A DNA stretch of 64,000 bases from an uncultured Acidobacteriota bacterium (GTDB lineage: Bacteria; Acidobacteriota; Thermoanaerobaculia; UBA5066), in assembly GCA_963779415.1 (NCBI GenBank), contig CAVZYA010000002.1, positions 288,001 to 352,000 of the forward strand, written 5' to 3'. Below the pieces are notes generated by a model, which saw only the letters and a program-made list of their open reading frames with translations, made no database searches and was not told where the DNA came from. The position numbers and the translations under genes are program-made. Positions 39,210 to 49,840 of the stretch are shown in pieces; positions within the stretch are counted from its first letter, which is position 1; each line of letters opens with the position of its first letter.

Positions 39210-41345
39210 ATGGCGACCGAGGCACCCGCCGAGACGGCGGAGAAGTATTTCGGCCTTTCGAAAGAGGATCTCCTTCAGGCCTTCCGGACCGTCTACACGT
39301 CGCGCCGGATCGACGACAAGGAGATCCAGCTCAAGCGGCAGAACCGGATCTTCTTCCAGATCTCCGGGGCGGGGCACGAGGCGGCTCAGGTGGCGCTCGC
39401 CCGGAGCCTCCGCCCCGGGGTCGACTGGCTCTTCGGCTACTACAGGGACCGCGCCCTTTGCCTCGCCCTCGGTGTGACGCCTTTCGACATGTTCCTCGGG
39501 GCGGTGGGTGCCGCGTCGGACCCCTCCTCGGCGGGGCGGCAGATGCCATCGCACTGGTCCTCGCCGGCGCTCCGGATCTTCACACTCTCTTCGCCCACGG
39601 GGACGGAGTGCCTCCCCGGCGTCGGCGCCGCCGAGGCCGGACGTTTCCTCGAGCGCCCCGGGTCGGCCGGCTTTGCTCCGTCGACGTCCGGCGTGGCTGC
39701 CGACGAAGTCGTCGTCGTGACGATCGGGGACGGCGCGACGTCGGAAGGCGAGTTCTGGGAGGCGCTTGACGCTGCCTGCACGAAGAAGCTCCCCGTCGTC
39801 TTCGTCGTGGAAGACAACGGCTACGCGATCTCCGTCCCGGTCGAGGTGAACACGCCGGGCGGGTCGATCTCGAAGCTCGTCCGGGGATACCCCGGCCTCT
39901 TCGTCGCCGAGACGGACGGGTGCGACTTCCTCGATTCGTACGACGCCTTCCGCTGGGCCGTCGCGTACGCGCGAGAGAGAAAGGGGCCCGCCCTCGTTCA
40001 CGCGCACGTCGTCCGTCCCTACTCCCACTCCCTCTCCGACGACGAGCGGCTCTACAAGACCGAGGCCGAGCGGAAGAAGGAAGCCGAGCGGGATCCGGTC
40101 GAGGCGCTCGCGCGGCTCCTCCGCTCGGAGGGGCTCGCCACGGAGGAGGAGCTCTCGGCCGTGAAGGCGGCCTGCGACGCGGAGGTGGACGACGCGGCCG
40201 ACCGCGCGCTCCGCGAACCGCAACCCTCCCCCGAGACGCTCTTTTCGAACGTCACCTCCGACTCCGTCGACCCGACCTCCGCCACCTTCGACACCGAGGA
40301 CCAAAAGGAGACGACGGGAAACGAGACGACGATGGTCGACCTGATCAACACCTGCCTCCGCGACGAGATGGCGCGCGACGGCCGGATCGTCGTCTTCGGC
40401 GAGGACGTGGCGGACGCCTCCCGCGAGGAGGTCCTCTCCGAGTGCAAGGGGAAGGGGGGCGTCTTCAAGGTCACCGCCGGGCTCCAGAAGCTCTACGGAG
40501 GAGCCCGCGTCTTCAACGCCCCTCTCGCCGAGGCGAGCATCGTCGGACGGTCGATCGGCTGGGCGGCACGGGGGCTGAAGCCGGTCGTCGAGATCCAGTT
40601 CTTCGACTACATCTGGCCCGCGATGCAGCAGCTCCGCGACGAGCTGGCGACGATCCGGTGGAGGTCGGCGGGGCGTTTTTCGGCTCCGGTCGTCGTCCGC
40701 TGCGCGATCGGCGGCTACCTTACGGGGGGCGGGCCGTACCACTCACAGTCGGGCGAGGTGACGTTCACCCACATCCCGGGGCTCCGGGTCGTGATGCCGT
40801 CGACCGCCCTCGACGCGTGCGGCCTCCTCAGGACCGCGATCCGGTGCGATGATCCGGTTCTCTTCCTCGAGCACAAGCACCTCTATCGCCAGACACACAA
40901 CAAGGGGACCTACCCGGGGAAGGAGTTCCTCGTCCCGTTCGGAAAGGCAAAGACCGTTCGCGCCGGGAACGCCGCGACGGTCGTGACGTACGGGGCGACG
41001 GTTTTCCGGAGCGTCACGGCGGCCAACCGCCTCGCCGACGAGACGGGGAGCGAGGTGGAGGTGATCGATCTCCGGACGCTCGCCCCGTTCGACTGGGCCT
41101 CGATCGTCGCATCGGTGAAGCGGACGAACCGTCTCCTCGTCGTCCACGAGGACTGGCTCACGCACGGCTTCGGCGCGGAGATCGCGGCGCGCGCCGCCGA
41201 CGAGCTCTTCCCCTTCCTCGACGCACCGGTCCGCCGCGTCGCGGCGAAGGACGTCTTCTGCGGCTACGCTCCGCGGCTCGAGGAGGCGACGCTCCCGCAG
41301 ACGAGCGACATTCACGACGCGCTCGCCGGCCTCCTCGCGTACTAA
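39210..41345 (+). CDS. 2-oxo acid (branched-chain type) dehydrogenase E1, fused alpha/beta subunits
   Basis: GDGATSEG...DNGYAIS TPP motif, [21 protein letters not shown]. Confidence 0.93.
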   Translation: MATEAPAETAEKYFGLSKEDLLQAFRTVYTSRRIDDKEIQLKRQNRIFFQISGAGHEAAQVALARSLRPGVDWLFGYYRDRALCLALGVTPFDMFLGAVGAASDPSSAGRQMPSHWSSPALRIFTLSSPTGTECLPGVGAAEAGRFLERPGSAGFAPSTSGVAADEVVVVTIGDGATSEGEFWEALDAACTKKLPVVFVVEDNGYAISVPVEVNTPGGSISKLVRGYPGLFVAETDGCDFLDSYDAFRWAVAYARERKGPALVHAHVVRPYSHSLSDDERLYKTEAERKKEAERDPVEALARLLRSEGLATEEELSAVKAACDAEVDDAADRALREPQPSPETLFSNVTSDSVDPTSATFDTEDQKETTGNETTMVDLINTCLRDEMARDGRIVVFGEDVADASREEVLSECKGKGGVFKVTAGLQKLYGGARVFNAPLAEASIVGRSIGWAARGLKPVVEIQFFDYIWPAMQQLRDELATIRWRSAGRFSAPVVVRCAIGGYLTGGGPYHSQSGEVTFTHIPGLRVVMPSTALDACGLLRTAIRCDDPVLFLEHKHLYRQTHNKGTYPGKEFLVPFGKAKTVRAGNAATVVTYGATVFRSVTAANRLADETGSEVEVIDLRTLAPFDWASIVASVKRTNRLLVVHEDWLTHGFGAEIAARAADELFPFLDAPVRRVAAKDVFCGYAPRLEEATLPQTSDIHDALAGLLAY

Positions 41346-41355
41346 TCTCGCGGGC

Positions 41356-42288
41356 GTGACCCGCCGCGCGGCCGCGGCCGCCCTCCTCGTTCTCGTCGCC
41401 GGCGTTTCGCTCCTCGCCGGGGCGTTTCTCGCCGACCCGATCGGCCTCGCGGGCATCCTCGGCGAGGCGGCGCTCCGGCGGGCCGGGACGCACTCGGAGA
41501 CGTTCCGGGCGCCGGACGGAACGCCTCTTCGCGTTCTCGTGGTCGGGCCCCTCTCGGCCGATCGCCCCGTCGTTCTTCTCCACGGCCTCGGCGCCGACGC
41601 GCTCTACTGGACCGGGACGATGCTCTCCCTGAGGCGCGAGGGGAGGACCGTTCTCGCGCTGGACGCCCCGGGCTCGGGCGGAAGCGCGACCCCCGCGACT
41701 CCGGAAGGGTTTTCGCTTCCGGCGCGTGTCGCCGCGGTGGAGGCGCTCGCCGTCACGCTCCGCCTCGACCGTTTCGATCTCGTCGGCCACTCCCTCGGGG
41801 GCGCGACCGCGGGGCTCTTCGCCCTCGCCCGTCCGGAGCGCGTCGGCCGACTCGTTCTCGTCGACACGGCGGGCTTCACCTCTCCGACCGATGCCGACAT
41901 GGAACGATTCCTCGCGCTCACGCGTCCGCGCGACCGGCAAGGCGCCCGCCGGCTTCTCGATCTTCTCTTCTTCGCAAAGCCGTTCCCGGCTCCCGGGGCC
42001 GTCGCGGACGCGCTCGCCCGCCGGTTCCTCACCCCGAACGTCCAGACGACGATTGCCGAGGCCGGGCGGGCGGACGTCCTCCTCGGCCGCGAGAGGGAGC
42101 TGCCGGAAGGAACGGCGCTCCTCTGGGGAGCCGAGGAGGCGCTCTTTCCCCTCGTCGACGCGGAGGCGGCCGTCACGAAGATCCGCGGCGGAACTCTCGC
42201 CGTCATCCCCGGCGCGGGGCACGACGTCCCGATCGAGAAGCCCGCGGAGTTCCTCCGCGCTCTTCTCGGCGCCCTCTCCCGCCCCTGA
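41356..42288 (+). CDS. Alpha/beta fold hydrolase
   Basis: LLHG, GHSLGG, AGH motifs. Confidence 0.9.
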   Translation: MTRRAAAAALLVLVAGVSLLAGAFLADPIGLAGILGEAALRRAGTHSETFRAPDGTPLRVLVVGPLSADRPVVLLHGLGADALYWTGTMLSLRREGRTVLALDAPGSGGSATPATPEGFSLPARVAAVEALAVTLRLDRFDLVGHSLGGATAGLFALARPERVGRLVLVDTAGFTSPTDADMERFLALTRPRDRQGARRLLDLLFFAKPFPAPGAVADALARRFLTPNVQTTIAEAGRADVLLGRERELPEGTALLWGAEEALFPLVDAEAAVTKIRGGTLAVIPGAGHDVPIEKPAEFLRALLGALSRP

Positions 42289-42297
42289 GCACGCGCC

Positions 42298-43902
42298 CTA
42301 CTGCGGGCCGCCCGGCTCGAAGGTCGTGACGATCGGGATGCTCGTCGAGCGGGCGAAGCGCTCGTCGAACGCTTCCGCGAGGACCCGGCCGTCCATGTCG
42401 CGGGCCATCGGCTCGCCGGCGAGGACGAGAAGCGTCGGCGCGAGGTCGAGGAGCTGCGCCGAGGTGAGTCGAACTCCCGACCGGATCCCCGCGCCCGCGA
42501 GAAGGAGGAATCCGTCGGCCCCCGCGTCCGGGCTGGCGGAGGGGGGCACGGCCCGTACGAACGCACCGACGGCGTCGAGCGGCGGCGGCGGGCCGAAGGA
42601 GACGGGGGAGAAGACGCAGATCGTCCGGTCGCGTCCCTGCCGCTCCAGGAGTTCGTGGAGGAGATCGTCGAGAAACCGATAGTACGCGTCGAGCGCGCGG
42701 GACTTCGGCCCGGCGTCCGGAACGGGGAGCCCCCAGTAATGGGCATCCCCGGCGGCGCCAAAGGGACGTGAGACGAGGGTGGTCCCCGAGAGGACCAGAA
42801 CGAGCACGTTGCTCGGCCCCTGTGGCGGCGTCCCGAGAGCGGCGCCGAGGATCGTCAGGTCCTCCGCCGCGGCCCGGAGCGTCGTCCGGGCCGCGAGCTC
42901 CGTGGAGAGCCCTGCCGGCACGAGGCTCCGGACGAGGGGGCGGTCGAGGTGGGACGGGTCGACACGGAAGAGCTCCAGCCGGTCGTCCCCTTCGGAGGCA
43001 GCCGCCGCGGGCCAGCCGAGGACCGAGGTTTCGTGCCCGAGACGCGCGAGGATCTGCCAGAACGCGAGGCTCCGGCTTTCGGGGGGCGCCGGTCGCGGCC
43101 GCGTGAAGGGGAGCCCGAGCCGAAGCGAGCTTCCCGGCAGAAGCGTCCGGAGGCGAAGCGGTCCGGCAGGCGTCTCGCGCACCTCCTCCGAGACGACGCC
43201 ATGTTTGAAAGGGCGCTTTCCGGTCGCGGCCGTCGTCCAGAGGGCCGCGTGTTCGACCGCCGCGACGCTCGCAAGGGGACCGGCCGCCCCCTTCTTCAGA
43301 AGCTCGGCGAGAGTCGGGAGGGATCCCTCCGACGCCCCCGCCGTCACGCGTTCCCACGAAACCCCTTCCAGCCCGACGATGAGAAGGCTCCGCCGGGCGG
43401 CTGCCGGGAGAGACGGCAGCGTCGCGAGCGCCGCGGGGGGGGCGGCACGCCCCGAAAGGAGCGGCATCGCGAGAAAGAGGACGAAGAAGAGCGCCGGGAG
43501 CGGAGCCGCGTGTCTCGCGTGACCCGGCCTCAGGAAGGCCGAGACGAGCGCCACGAGAGCCCAGAGCCCCGCCACCACCGCGGAAGCGCCGAGGACGCGC
43601 CGCGCGCCCCCGGCGACGAAGGTATAGAAGATCAGACGCTGCGCCTCGGCGAACGCCGCGAAAAGAGCGGCCGCAAGGGCGAAAAGGAAAGCGCCCCCCC
43701 GGACTCCGCCTCGCGAGCGCGCCGGAAGAAAGAGAAAAGGCGTCGCGACGAGGACGCCCCCCGCTGCCGAGAGTAAGCCGAGGGTAAGGGCCCGCGATGG
43801 AGTGAGGAGCCCGGGGTTGAGGCCGAGGAGAAGGTCCGCCCATGCCGCGCCCGCCGCCGCTCCGACGACGAGGGGGTGGAACCGCCGGAGGGCCTCGCTC
43901 AT
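42298..43902 (-). CDS. Membrane-anchored alkaline phosphatase/phosphodiesterase-superfamily protein
   Basis: N-terminal TM helices; WTTAATGKRPFKHGV; DLAPTLL; MDGRVL. Confidence 0.75.
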   Translation of the reverse strand: MSEALRRFHPLVVGAAAGAAWADLLLGLNPGLLTPSRALTLGLLSAAGGVLVATPFLFLPARSRGGVRGGAFLFALAAALFAAFAEAQRLIFYTFVAGGARRVLGASAVVAGLWALVALVSAFLRPGHARHAAPLPALFFVLFLAMPLLSGRAAPPAALATLPSLPAAARRSLLIVGLEGVSWERVTAGASEGSLPTLAELLKKGAAGPLASVAAVEHAALWTTAATGKRPFKHGVVSEEVRETPAGPLRLRTLLPGSSLRLGLPFTRPRPAPPESRSLAFWQILARLGHETSVLGWPAAAASEGDDRLELFRVDPSHLDRPLVRSLVPAGLSTELAARTTLRAAAEDLTILGAALGTPPQGPSNVLVLVLSGTTLVSRPFGAAGDAHYWGLPVPDAGPKSRALDAYYRFLDDLLHELLERQGRDRTICVFSPVSFGPPPPLDAVGAFVRAVPPSASPDAGADGFLLLAGAGIRSGVRLTSAQLLDLAPTLLVLAGEPMARDMDGRVLAEAFDERFARSTSIPIVTTFEPGGPQ

Positions 43903-43935
43903 AATCCGCGCCCGGCGAGTCTCGCCCCCCTCACG

Positions 43936-44742
43936 ATGCCCGTCAACGAAGCTCTGCGCGTCCTCAGGACCGTCCATTACGACGCGACGCACTACTCCCT
44001 CTTTCTCCAGGCGGGAACCATCGGGCCGGAGACGAAGCCGGGGCAGTTTGCGATGCTTCAGGCGGGGGAGGGCCTCCGACCCTATCTCCGGCGCGCCTTC
44101 TCGATCGCCGACGTCACGAAGCTCGCCGGCGTTCCCGCGATGGAGTTCGTCATCAAGGTGGTGGGGATCGGGACGGGGCTCCTGGGGCGCTTCGCCGAAG
44201 GGACTCCGATCCCGGTCCTCGGCCCGCTCGGCGTTCCGTTTCCCACGGAGGACCTCACGTCCGCGGACCGGGTCGCCCTCGTGGCCGGCGGGATCGGCCT
44301 GGCGCCGCTTCTCCTCCTCTCGCGCGAGCTCTCGGCGCGGGGCGTCTCGGCGGACCTCTTCTACGGCGGACGGAACGAGACGGACGTCCTCAAGCGCGCC
44401 GACTTCGCACGCTTCCTCGGACCGCACCGCTGCCGGTACGCGACGGACGACGGCTCGCTCGGCCGGAAGGGGCCGGTCACCGACCTCGTCTTTCACGCCC
44501 TGGAAGGAGGAGTCCGCTGGAAGCGTCTTTTCGCATGCGGCCCTCTCCCGATGTTCCGGACTCTCGCGGCAATCGTCGAGGAAGCGAAGCTGGACGCCTC
44601 CTTCGCCCTCGAATCGGAGATGGCGTGCGGCTTCGGCGTCTGCCTCGGCTGCGTGGCGCCGACGGTGGACGGCCGATTCGCGACCGTCTGCACCGAAGGC
44701 CCCTGCGTCCCTCCGTCGGCCGTCGACTGGAGCCGGGTGTAA
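43936..44742 (+). CDS. pyrK: Dihydroorotate dehydrogenase electron transfer subunit
   Basis: PGQF, GPLG, GGIGLAP, MACGFGVCLGC...C Fe-S motif. Confidence 0.93.
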   Translation: MPVNEALRVLRTVHYDATHYSLFLQAGTIGPETKPGQFAMLQAGEGLRPYLRRAFSIADVTKLAGVPAMEFVIKVVGIGTGLLGRFAEGTPIPVLGPLGVPFPTEDLTSADRVALVAGGIGLAPLLLLSRELSARGVSADLFYGGRNETDVLKRADFARFLGPHRCRYATDDGSLGRKGPVTDLVFHALEGGVRWKRLFACGPLPMFRTLAAIVEEAKLDASFALESEMACGFGVCLGCVAPTVDGRFATVCTEGPCVPPSAVDWSRV

Positions 44743-44747
44743 CGCTC

Positions 44748-45692
44748 ATGGCCGTCGACCTCTCCGTCCGTCTCGGCCGCCTCGCCCTGAAGAACCCGAT
44801 CGCGACGGCGTCGGGGACATTCGGGTACGGGCTCGAGTTCGCCGGGTTCGTCCCGCTCGCGAAGCTCGGCGCGATCTCGGTCAAGGGACTCTCGCTCCGT
44901 CCCTGCTTCGGGAATCCCCCGCCCCGCATCTGCGAGACCGACGCCGGGATGCTGAACGCCATCGGCCTCCAGAACGTCGGAGTCGAGGCGTTCCTCGGCG
45001 AGAAGCTCCCGGAGCTCCAGCGGCTCGGGGCGACGGTCATCGCGAACGTCTGGGGGGACACCGAGGACGATTACGTCGCCGTCGTCGAGCGGATCGGCGC
45101 CGACCGGCGCGTGGCCGCCATCGAGCTGAACGTCTCCTGCCCGAACGTCGTCAAGGGAGGGCTCATCTTCGGAAACAACCCGCAGGCTCTCGGTCTCCTC
45201 GTGGCGCGCGTCCGGGCGGCGACGAAGCTTCCGCTCGTCGTGAAGCTCTCTCCGAACGTCACGGACATCACGGCGACCGCGAAGGCCGCCGTCGATAGCG
45301 GGGCCGAAATCCTCTCCCTCATCAACACGCTCGTCGGCCTCTCGATCGACATCGAGACGCGCCGGCCGAAGATCGGCTTCACGACGGGGGGCCTCTCCGG
45401 CCCGGCCATCCGCCCCATCGCCGTCCGCATGGTCTGGGAGGTGCGAAAGGCGTTGCCGAAGGTGCCGATCTTCGGTGTCGGCGGGATCGAGAGCGTCGAG
45501 CACGTCATCGAGTTCCTGATCGCCGGGGCGGACGCCGTCCAGGTCGGAACGGCCAACTTCCGCGACCCGACGCTCTCGGCGCGGCTCGTGGAAGACCTCG
45601 CCCGGTGGTGCGCCGCGCACGGCATCCGACGCGTGTCGGACCTGACGGGAACGCTCAGGACCCGCCCGCAGCCCGAGCACAAGTTCGCATGA
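44748..45692 (+). CDS. pyrD: Dihydroorotate dehydrogenase (family 1B)
   Basis: ASGTFGYG, NAIGLQN, ELNVSCPN, GGLSGPAI. Confidence 0.95.
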   Translation: MAVDLSVRLGRLALKNPIATASGTFGYGLEFAGFVPLAKLGAISVKGLSLRPCFGNPPPRICETDAGMLNAIGLQNVGVEAFLGEKLPELQRLGATVIANVWGDTEDDYVAVVERIGADRRVAAIELNVSCPNVVKGGLIFGNNPQALGLLVARVRAATKLPLVVKLSPNVTDITATAKAAVDSGAEILSLINTLVGLSIDIETRRPKIGFTTGGLSGPAIRPIAVRMVWEVRKALPKVPIFGVGGIESVEHVIEFLIAGADAVQVGTANFRDPTLSARLVEDLARWCAAHGIRRVSDLTGTLRTRPQPEHKFA

Positions 45693-46423
45693 GCGACATC
45701 CCCCGCTCCCGCCTCGCCGTCGCCCTCGACCTCCCCACGCGCGACGCGCTCCTCGCCGCCGCCCGGACCCTCGCGACCGAGGTGGGCGTTCTGAAGCTCG
45801 GCCTCGAGGCGTTCGTCTCCGAGGGACCGGGGCTCGTTCGCGACGTCACGGCGGCCGGAGCCCGCGTCTTTCTCGACCTGAAGCTCCACGACATTCCGAA
45901 CACCGTCGGGCGCGCCGCTGCCGCGGCCGTCCGGACGGGGGCGTCGATCCTGAACTGTCATGCGGCGGGCGGCCCCGAGATGATGAAGGTCTTCGGTGCC
46001 GAGAGCCGCGAGGCCGCTTCGAAGGCCGGCCTCTCCCTCCCCTCCCTCATCGCGGTCACGGTCCTGACCTCGCTCGATCCGGAGACCCTCTCGAGGATCG
46101 GATTCTCCGGAACGCCGCGCGAAGCCGCGGTCCGGCTCGCGATTCTCGCGAAGGAGTCGGGCCTCGACGGGGTCGTCTGCTCGCCGGAAGAGGCCGCGGC
46201 GATCCGCGCGGCCTGCGGGAAGGATTTTCTCCTCGTCGTCCCCGGCGTCCGCCCCGCCGGCACCGAGACGGGCGACCAGAAGCGCGTGTCGACGCCCGGT
46301 GACGCCATCCGCGCCGGCGCCGACCTCCTCGTCGTGGGCCGCCCCATTCTCGCCGCCACGGACCCCGTCGCCGCGGCGCGGGCCATCGTGGCCGAGATCG
46401 CCGCGGCAATAGCCGACGTCTAG
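45689..46423 (+). CDS. pyrF: Orotidine-5'-phosphate decarboxylase
   Basis: DLKLHDIPNT, VTVLTS, PGVRP, DQKR. Confidence 0.95.
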   Translation: MSDIPRSRLAVALDLPTRDALLAAARTLATEVGVLKLGLEAFVSEGPGLVRDVTAAGARVFLDLKLHDIPNTVGRAAAAAVRTGASILNCHAAGGPEMMKVFGAESREAASKAGLSLPSLIAVTVLTSLDPETLSRIGFSGTPREAAVRLAILAKESGLDGVVCSPEEAAAIRAACGKDFLLVVPGVRPAGTETGDQKRVSTPGDAIRAGADLLVVGRPILAATDPVAAARAIVAEIAAAIADV

Positions 46424-46524
46424 GAGCTGGAAACCTTTCCCCGACGCGCAGGGGCGACTCCCTGCAGGAGCAGACAGCGGAGGTAAGGCCTGGCTCCGCC
46501 CGGCGCAATCCGGCGTGAAGAGCG

Positions 46525-48108
46525 TCACCTCTCGAAAGGAGGCGGGGCTGATCCCGTCGCCGCCGCCTTGTCCGGCAGACCCGAATCCTTCGAGAAGCCG
46601 GCAAAGGAACGACGGAAGGCGCCGTCGCCGGACCAGACGGGAGTCGCCTTGTAGCGCCAGTGGGCCGCGTCGCCACCGTCCGCCTGTTCGTGCATCGCGA
46701 GGGTCCGGATCTGGCTCTCGAAGACGAGGCCGTCCGAGGACCTGACGCAGGTATGGAGGCTCCGGTACCCGTTCTCCTTGGGCTGGGCGATGTAGTCCTT
46801 GAACCGCAGGAGCAACGGCTCGAACCGCTCGTGGATCGCCTTCAGGGCGCGGTAGCAGTCCTTCTCGTCCATGACGATGATCCGGAACGCGACGATGTCG
46901 TGAACCTGGTCGATGGCGAGGCCCTTCGACAGCGTCTTTTTCCAGATTCCCGCCGGGTGCTTGACCCGGTATTGCAGGGCCTTGTGCCGCACGCCTGCCT
47001 CGGCGAGGGCTTTGCGGATCTCCGACTCCCGTTTTCGCAGCCAGGCCTTGTTCGTCGCGGGCAACTTCGCGAGTCGTCGGTTGATTGCTTCGAATGCCTC
47101 GGGCTCGAGGATCCGGAAAGCGGCGTCCTCGAGACGCGACTTCAGCCCGCTTTCTCCCAGCCGCTCGGCCTCGAGGACGTCACGTTCCCAGGTTTCCCTC
47201 GCGGCGGCACGGGCCCCGGCGTCCTTCGGGCCCCGAGTCTCCAGGAATCGGCAGCGCGAAAGGAAGTAACGACGGAGGAGTTTCCTGTGGAAGGCGGCTT
47301 CCTCGTTCGACTCCGGCGCGGCGTGATCTTCCACGGGCACGGGGGGCCTTCCGTCCGCGGCGAGGAGCGATTCCTGCCTCAGTCCGAACAGGGCACGGCG
47401 TTCGGCCTCGACCAGCCGCCTCACCGTCTCCTCGAGCTGCGTTCCGAGGTTCCTGAACCGGTAAGCGAGCCAGCGCATCTCCCAGGCACCGCGCGGAATC
47501 TCGAGCCCGCTCCAGTAGCCCTTCTCCATCTGGTCCACGCCGTGCAACAGCCGGCGCAGGGGCCGGTCTATCAAGAGCTGGTAAGCGACGTAGAGCGAGA
47601 GAAGGATGGATGCGATGGCCGCCGCGATGCTCAGGACCCAGAACCACCAGCGCCGATTCACCAGCGACTGGAACTCGGCGCCGTCCTGCCAGACTTCGAG
47701 CGTTCCGCGGCCGCCGGGGAGGAACTCCGAGACGACCGGGACCCCGCCACGGAGCGAGCCGGGGGGTGGCTCCCGCTGCGGGCCCGTAAGGAGGGAATCC
47801 ACCGGGCGACCTTCGGCATCGAGGAGGAGCGTGTGCAGGTGTCTGTACCCGCGCCTCGTGTGCGCCTCCCCGAAGGCCTGGAGCCGCTCCCGGATGGCCT
47901 CGATGTCCGGCGAAGCCTCGATGTCCGAGGCGAGCGGCGCGGCGGCCTGTCCCATCAGCTCCTCGCGATCCTGGCGGGACCGCTCGACATCGTTCTCCTG
48001 GAAGAAGAAGGTCAACGAGCCGAGAACCAGCGTCACGATCACCGAAGTCGACAGGCCGAGCCGCCAACGGAGAGGCACGCCTCGCGGCGGGGCGTCGTTC
48101 TGGCTCAT
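46525..48108 (-). CDS. Membrane sensor-HAMP / RelA-SpoT (p)ppGpp synthetase fusion
   Basis: Two TM helices, HAMP (PLRRL...EMRWLAYRFRNL), then RVK, DIVAFR, RFKDYIAQPKENGYRSLH, ESQIRT, AAHWRYK. Confidence 0.85.
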   Translation of the reverse strand: MSQNDAPPRGVPLRWRLGLSTSVIVTLVLGSLTFFFQENDVERSRQDREELMGQAAAPLASDIEASPDIEAIRERLQAFGEAHTRRGYRHLHTLLLDAEGRPVDSLLTGPQREPPPGSLRGGVPVVSEFLPGGRGTLEVWQDGAEFQSLVNRRWWFWVLSIAAAIASILLSLYVAYQLLIDRPLRRLLHGVDQMEKGYWSGLEIPRGAWEMRWLAYRFRNLGTQLEETVRRLVEAERRALFGLRQESLLAADGRPPVPVEDHAAPESNEEAAFHRKLLRRYFLSRCRFLETRGPKDAGARAAARETWERDVLEAERLGESGLKSRLEDAAFRILEPEAFEAINRRLAKLPATNKAWLRKRESEIRKALAEAGVRHKALQYRVKHPAGIWKKTLSKGLAIDQVHDIVAFRIIVMDEKDCYRALKAIHERFEPLLLRFKDYIAQPKENGYRSLHTCVRSSDGLVFESQIRTLAMHEQADGGDAAHWRYKATPVWSGDGAFRRSFAGFSKDSGLPDKAAATGSAPPPFER

Positions 48109-48151
48109 CGACGGAAACCCTCATTCATCGATCGTGCCATCCCAGAGCGCG

Positions 48152-48547
48152 CTACTCGACCTTGATCCTCTCGTAGTGCTTCGGAGCGGCTTCGCCCTTC
48201 CCCGCGGCCCGTTCCGCGAGAACGATCTCCTCGTCGAGGAAGTCGCGAAGGGCCTTGAGAATCTCCACGCCCGAGAAAGCCGCGCGCCCGAGCGCGGCGC
48301 GGCCGGCGAGGGAGAAGGTGAATCGCCCGATGAGGTCCGCGGCCGGTTTCAGGAGGCAGTTGTCTCCGCCGCAGGCGAGCCCCGGGATCGGCCCCGCCGC
48401 GGAGGGGGAAGAAGCCTCCGGCTTCGGTGCGTGCGGCTCGGCTTTTTCTCCGGGGCCGAAGTCACGCTCGATCGGGTCGACGTCGGCACTTCGCCGGCGT
48501 GTCCGGCCTGGAGACTTCCTCTTTCGCCCCGCTTTCGCGTCGCTCAT
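48152..48547 (-). CDS. Small hypothetical protein coupled to the ArsA-family ATPase
   Basis: ATGA overlap with the upstream gene; C-terminal ERIKVE. Confidence 0.7.
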   Translation of the reverse strand: MSDAKAGRKRKSPGRTRRRSADVDPIERDFGPGEKAEPHAPKPEASSPSAAGPIPGLACGGDNCLLKPAADLIGRFTFSLAGRAALGRAAFSGVEILKALRDFLDEEIVLAERAAGKGEAAPKHYERIKVE

Positions 48548-49782
48548 CTTTTCCTCCCCGGCTCGGCCACGTGTGCCGCCGGCGCTCCCGCTTCGGACTT
48601 CCCCTTCGCGAACCGGACGACGAGCTTCCCGTCCTCCACCTTCGCGGCCGAAGGGGCGAGCCCGCCGAGCGTCCGCGGGATCGGGATGTGGTGCCGGACG
48701 TTCCCGATCCGGACGATCAGGTCTCCCGAGGCGACCGCCAGTTCCACCTCGTCCTTCTCGACGAACGGCAGCTCCAGCGTCAGGACGTAGACGCCGCCGC
48801 TCTTGGCGAACCGGTAGGGAGGCGTGACGCGGTACGAGGCCGCCGGATTCCGGTCGCCGTAGAGGTCGCTCCCGAGCCGGGCGAGCGCCTCGCGCCCCAC
48901 GACCTGGTCGTCGCGAAGCGGCAACGTCCAGATCGGGACCGGGTCGAAGTAGCGCCGCGCCTCCTCGAGGAACTGCGCCTGCGTCCTTCTCCACTTGTCG
49001 AAGAAAGGGTCCGCCACGTCGTCGGGGAGGAGGCGGTTCACGAGGACGGCGTCGACCGTGAAACCGTAGAGGCCGAAGTACATGAACGCGCGCTGGGTCT
49101 CCCGGATGACGATCTTCTCGGCGTTCGTGACGAGCCGGACTGTCGTCGTCTTCGGGTCCTTCAGGAGGGCGTCGACGCCGTCCAGCTTCTCGGCGAGCGA
49201 CGCGACGTTGTCGAAGTACCGCTCGGGGGGGAGCGGGACGTTGGCGACCTTTTTCGCCATCGGGCGCGCCACCTTCAGGATCGTCCGCTGGATCCGGAAG
49301 AGCTTCTTCATGTACCAGTCGAGCGTCGGCGGCAGGGAGACGAAGCGGAGCGACTCGCCCGTCGGCGCGCAGTCGAGGATCAAAACGTCGTACGCCTTCT
49401 CGCGCGCGTAGCGGTTGACGTAGAGGAGGGCGGAGACCTCTTCCATGCCGGGGAAGATGGCGAGCTCCTCGGCGAGGACCTCCTCGACGCCGGTGACGGC
49501 GAGGAGGGCCGCGATGTACCCGGCGATGTCCTTCCAGTGCCGGCCGATCTCCTCGGTCACGTCGACTTCCTGGATCCAGAGATTCTCCGCGACGGCCACC
49601 GGCTCGCCCCGGTTGCGGTCCGTGAGGCTCACCGGGAGGTCGAAGGCATCCGCGAGGGAGTGCGCGGCGTCCACGGACATGACGAGCGTCCTTGTGCCGC
49701 GCGCGGCCAGCGTCAGCCCCGTCGCCGCGGCGACGGTCGTCTTTCCGACGCCTCCCTTTCCCGTGTAGAGGAGGATCCGCAT
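48544..49782 (-). CDS. ArsA/Get3-family ATPase with HSP20-like C-terminal domain
   Basis: TGKGGVGKTT, DAAHSL, DCAPTG; C-terminal alpha-crystallin-like strands. Confidence 0.9.
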   Translation of the reverse strand: MRILLYTGKGGVGKTTVAAATGLTLAARGTRTLVMSVDAAHSLADAFDLPVSLTDRNRGEPVAVAENLWIQEVDVTEEIGRHWKDIAGYIAALLAVTGVEEVLAEELAIFPGMEEVSALLYVNRYAREKAYDVLILDCAPTGESLRFVSLPPTLDWYMKKLFRIQRTILKVARPMAKKVANVPLPPERYFDNVASLAEKLDGVDALLKDPKTTTVRLVTNAEKIVIRETQRAFMYFGLYGFTVDAVLVNRLLPDDVADPFFDKWRRTQAQFLEEARRYFDPVPIWTLPLRDDQVVGREALARLGSDLYGDRNPAASYRVTPPYRFAKSGGVYVLTLELPFVEKDEVELAVASGDLIVRIGNVRHHIPIPRTLGGLAPSAAKVEDGKLVVRFAKGKSEAGAPAAHVAEPGRKR

Positions 49783-49840
49783 CTTTCCAAGAACGGATGT
49801 TACGTCCCCGGAGTAGCTCTTCCCGTCAAGGAAAGCCTCG

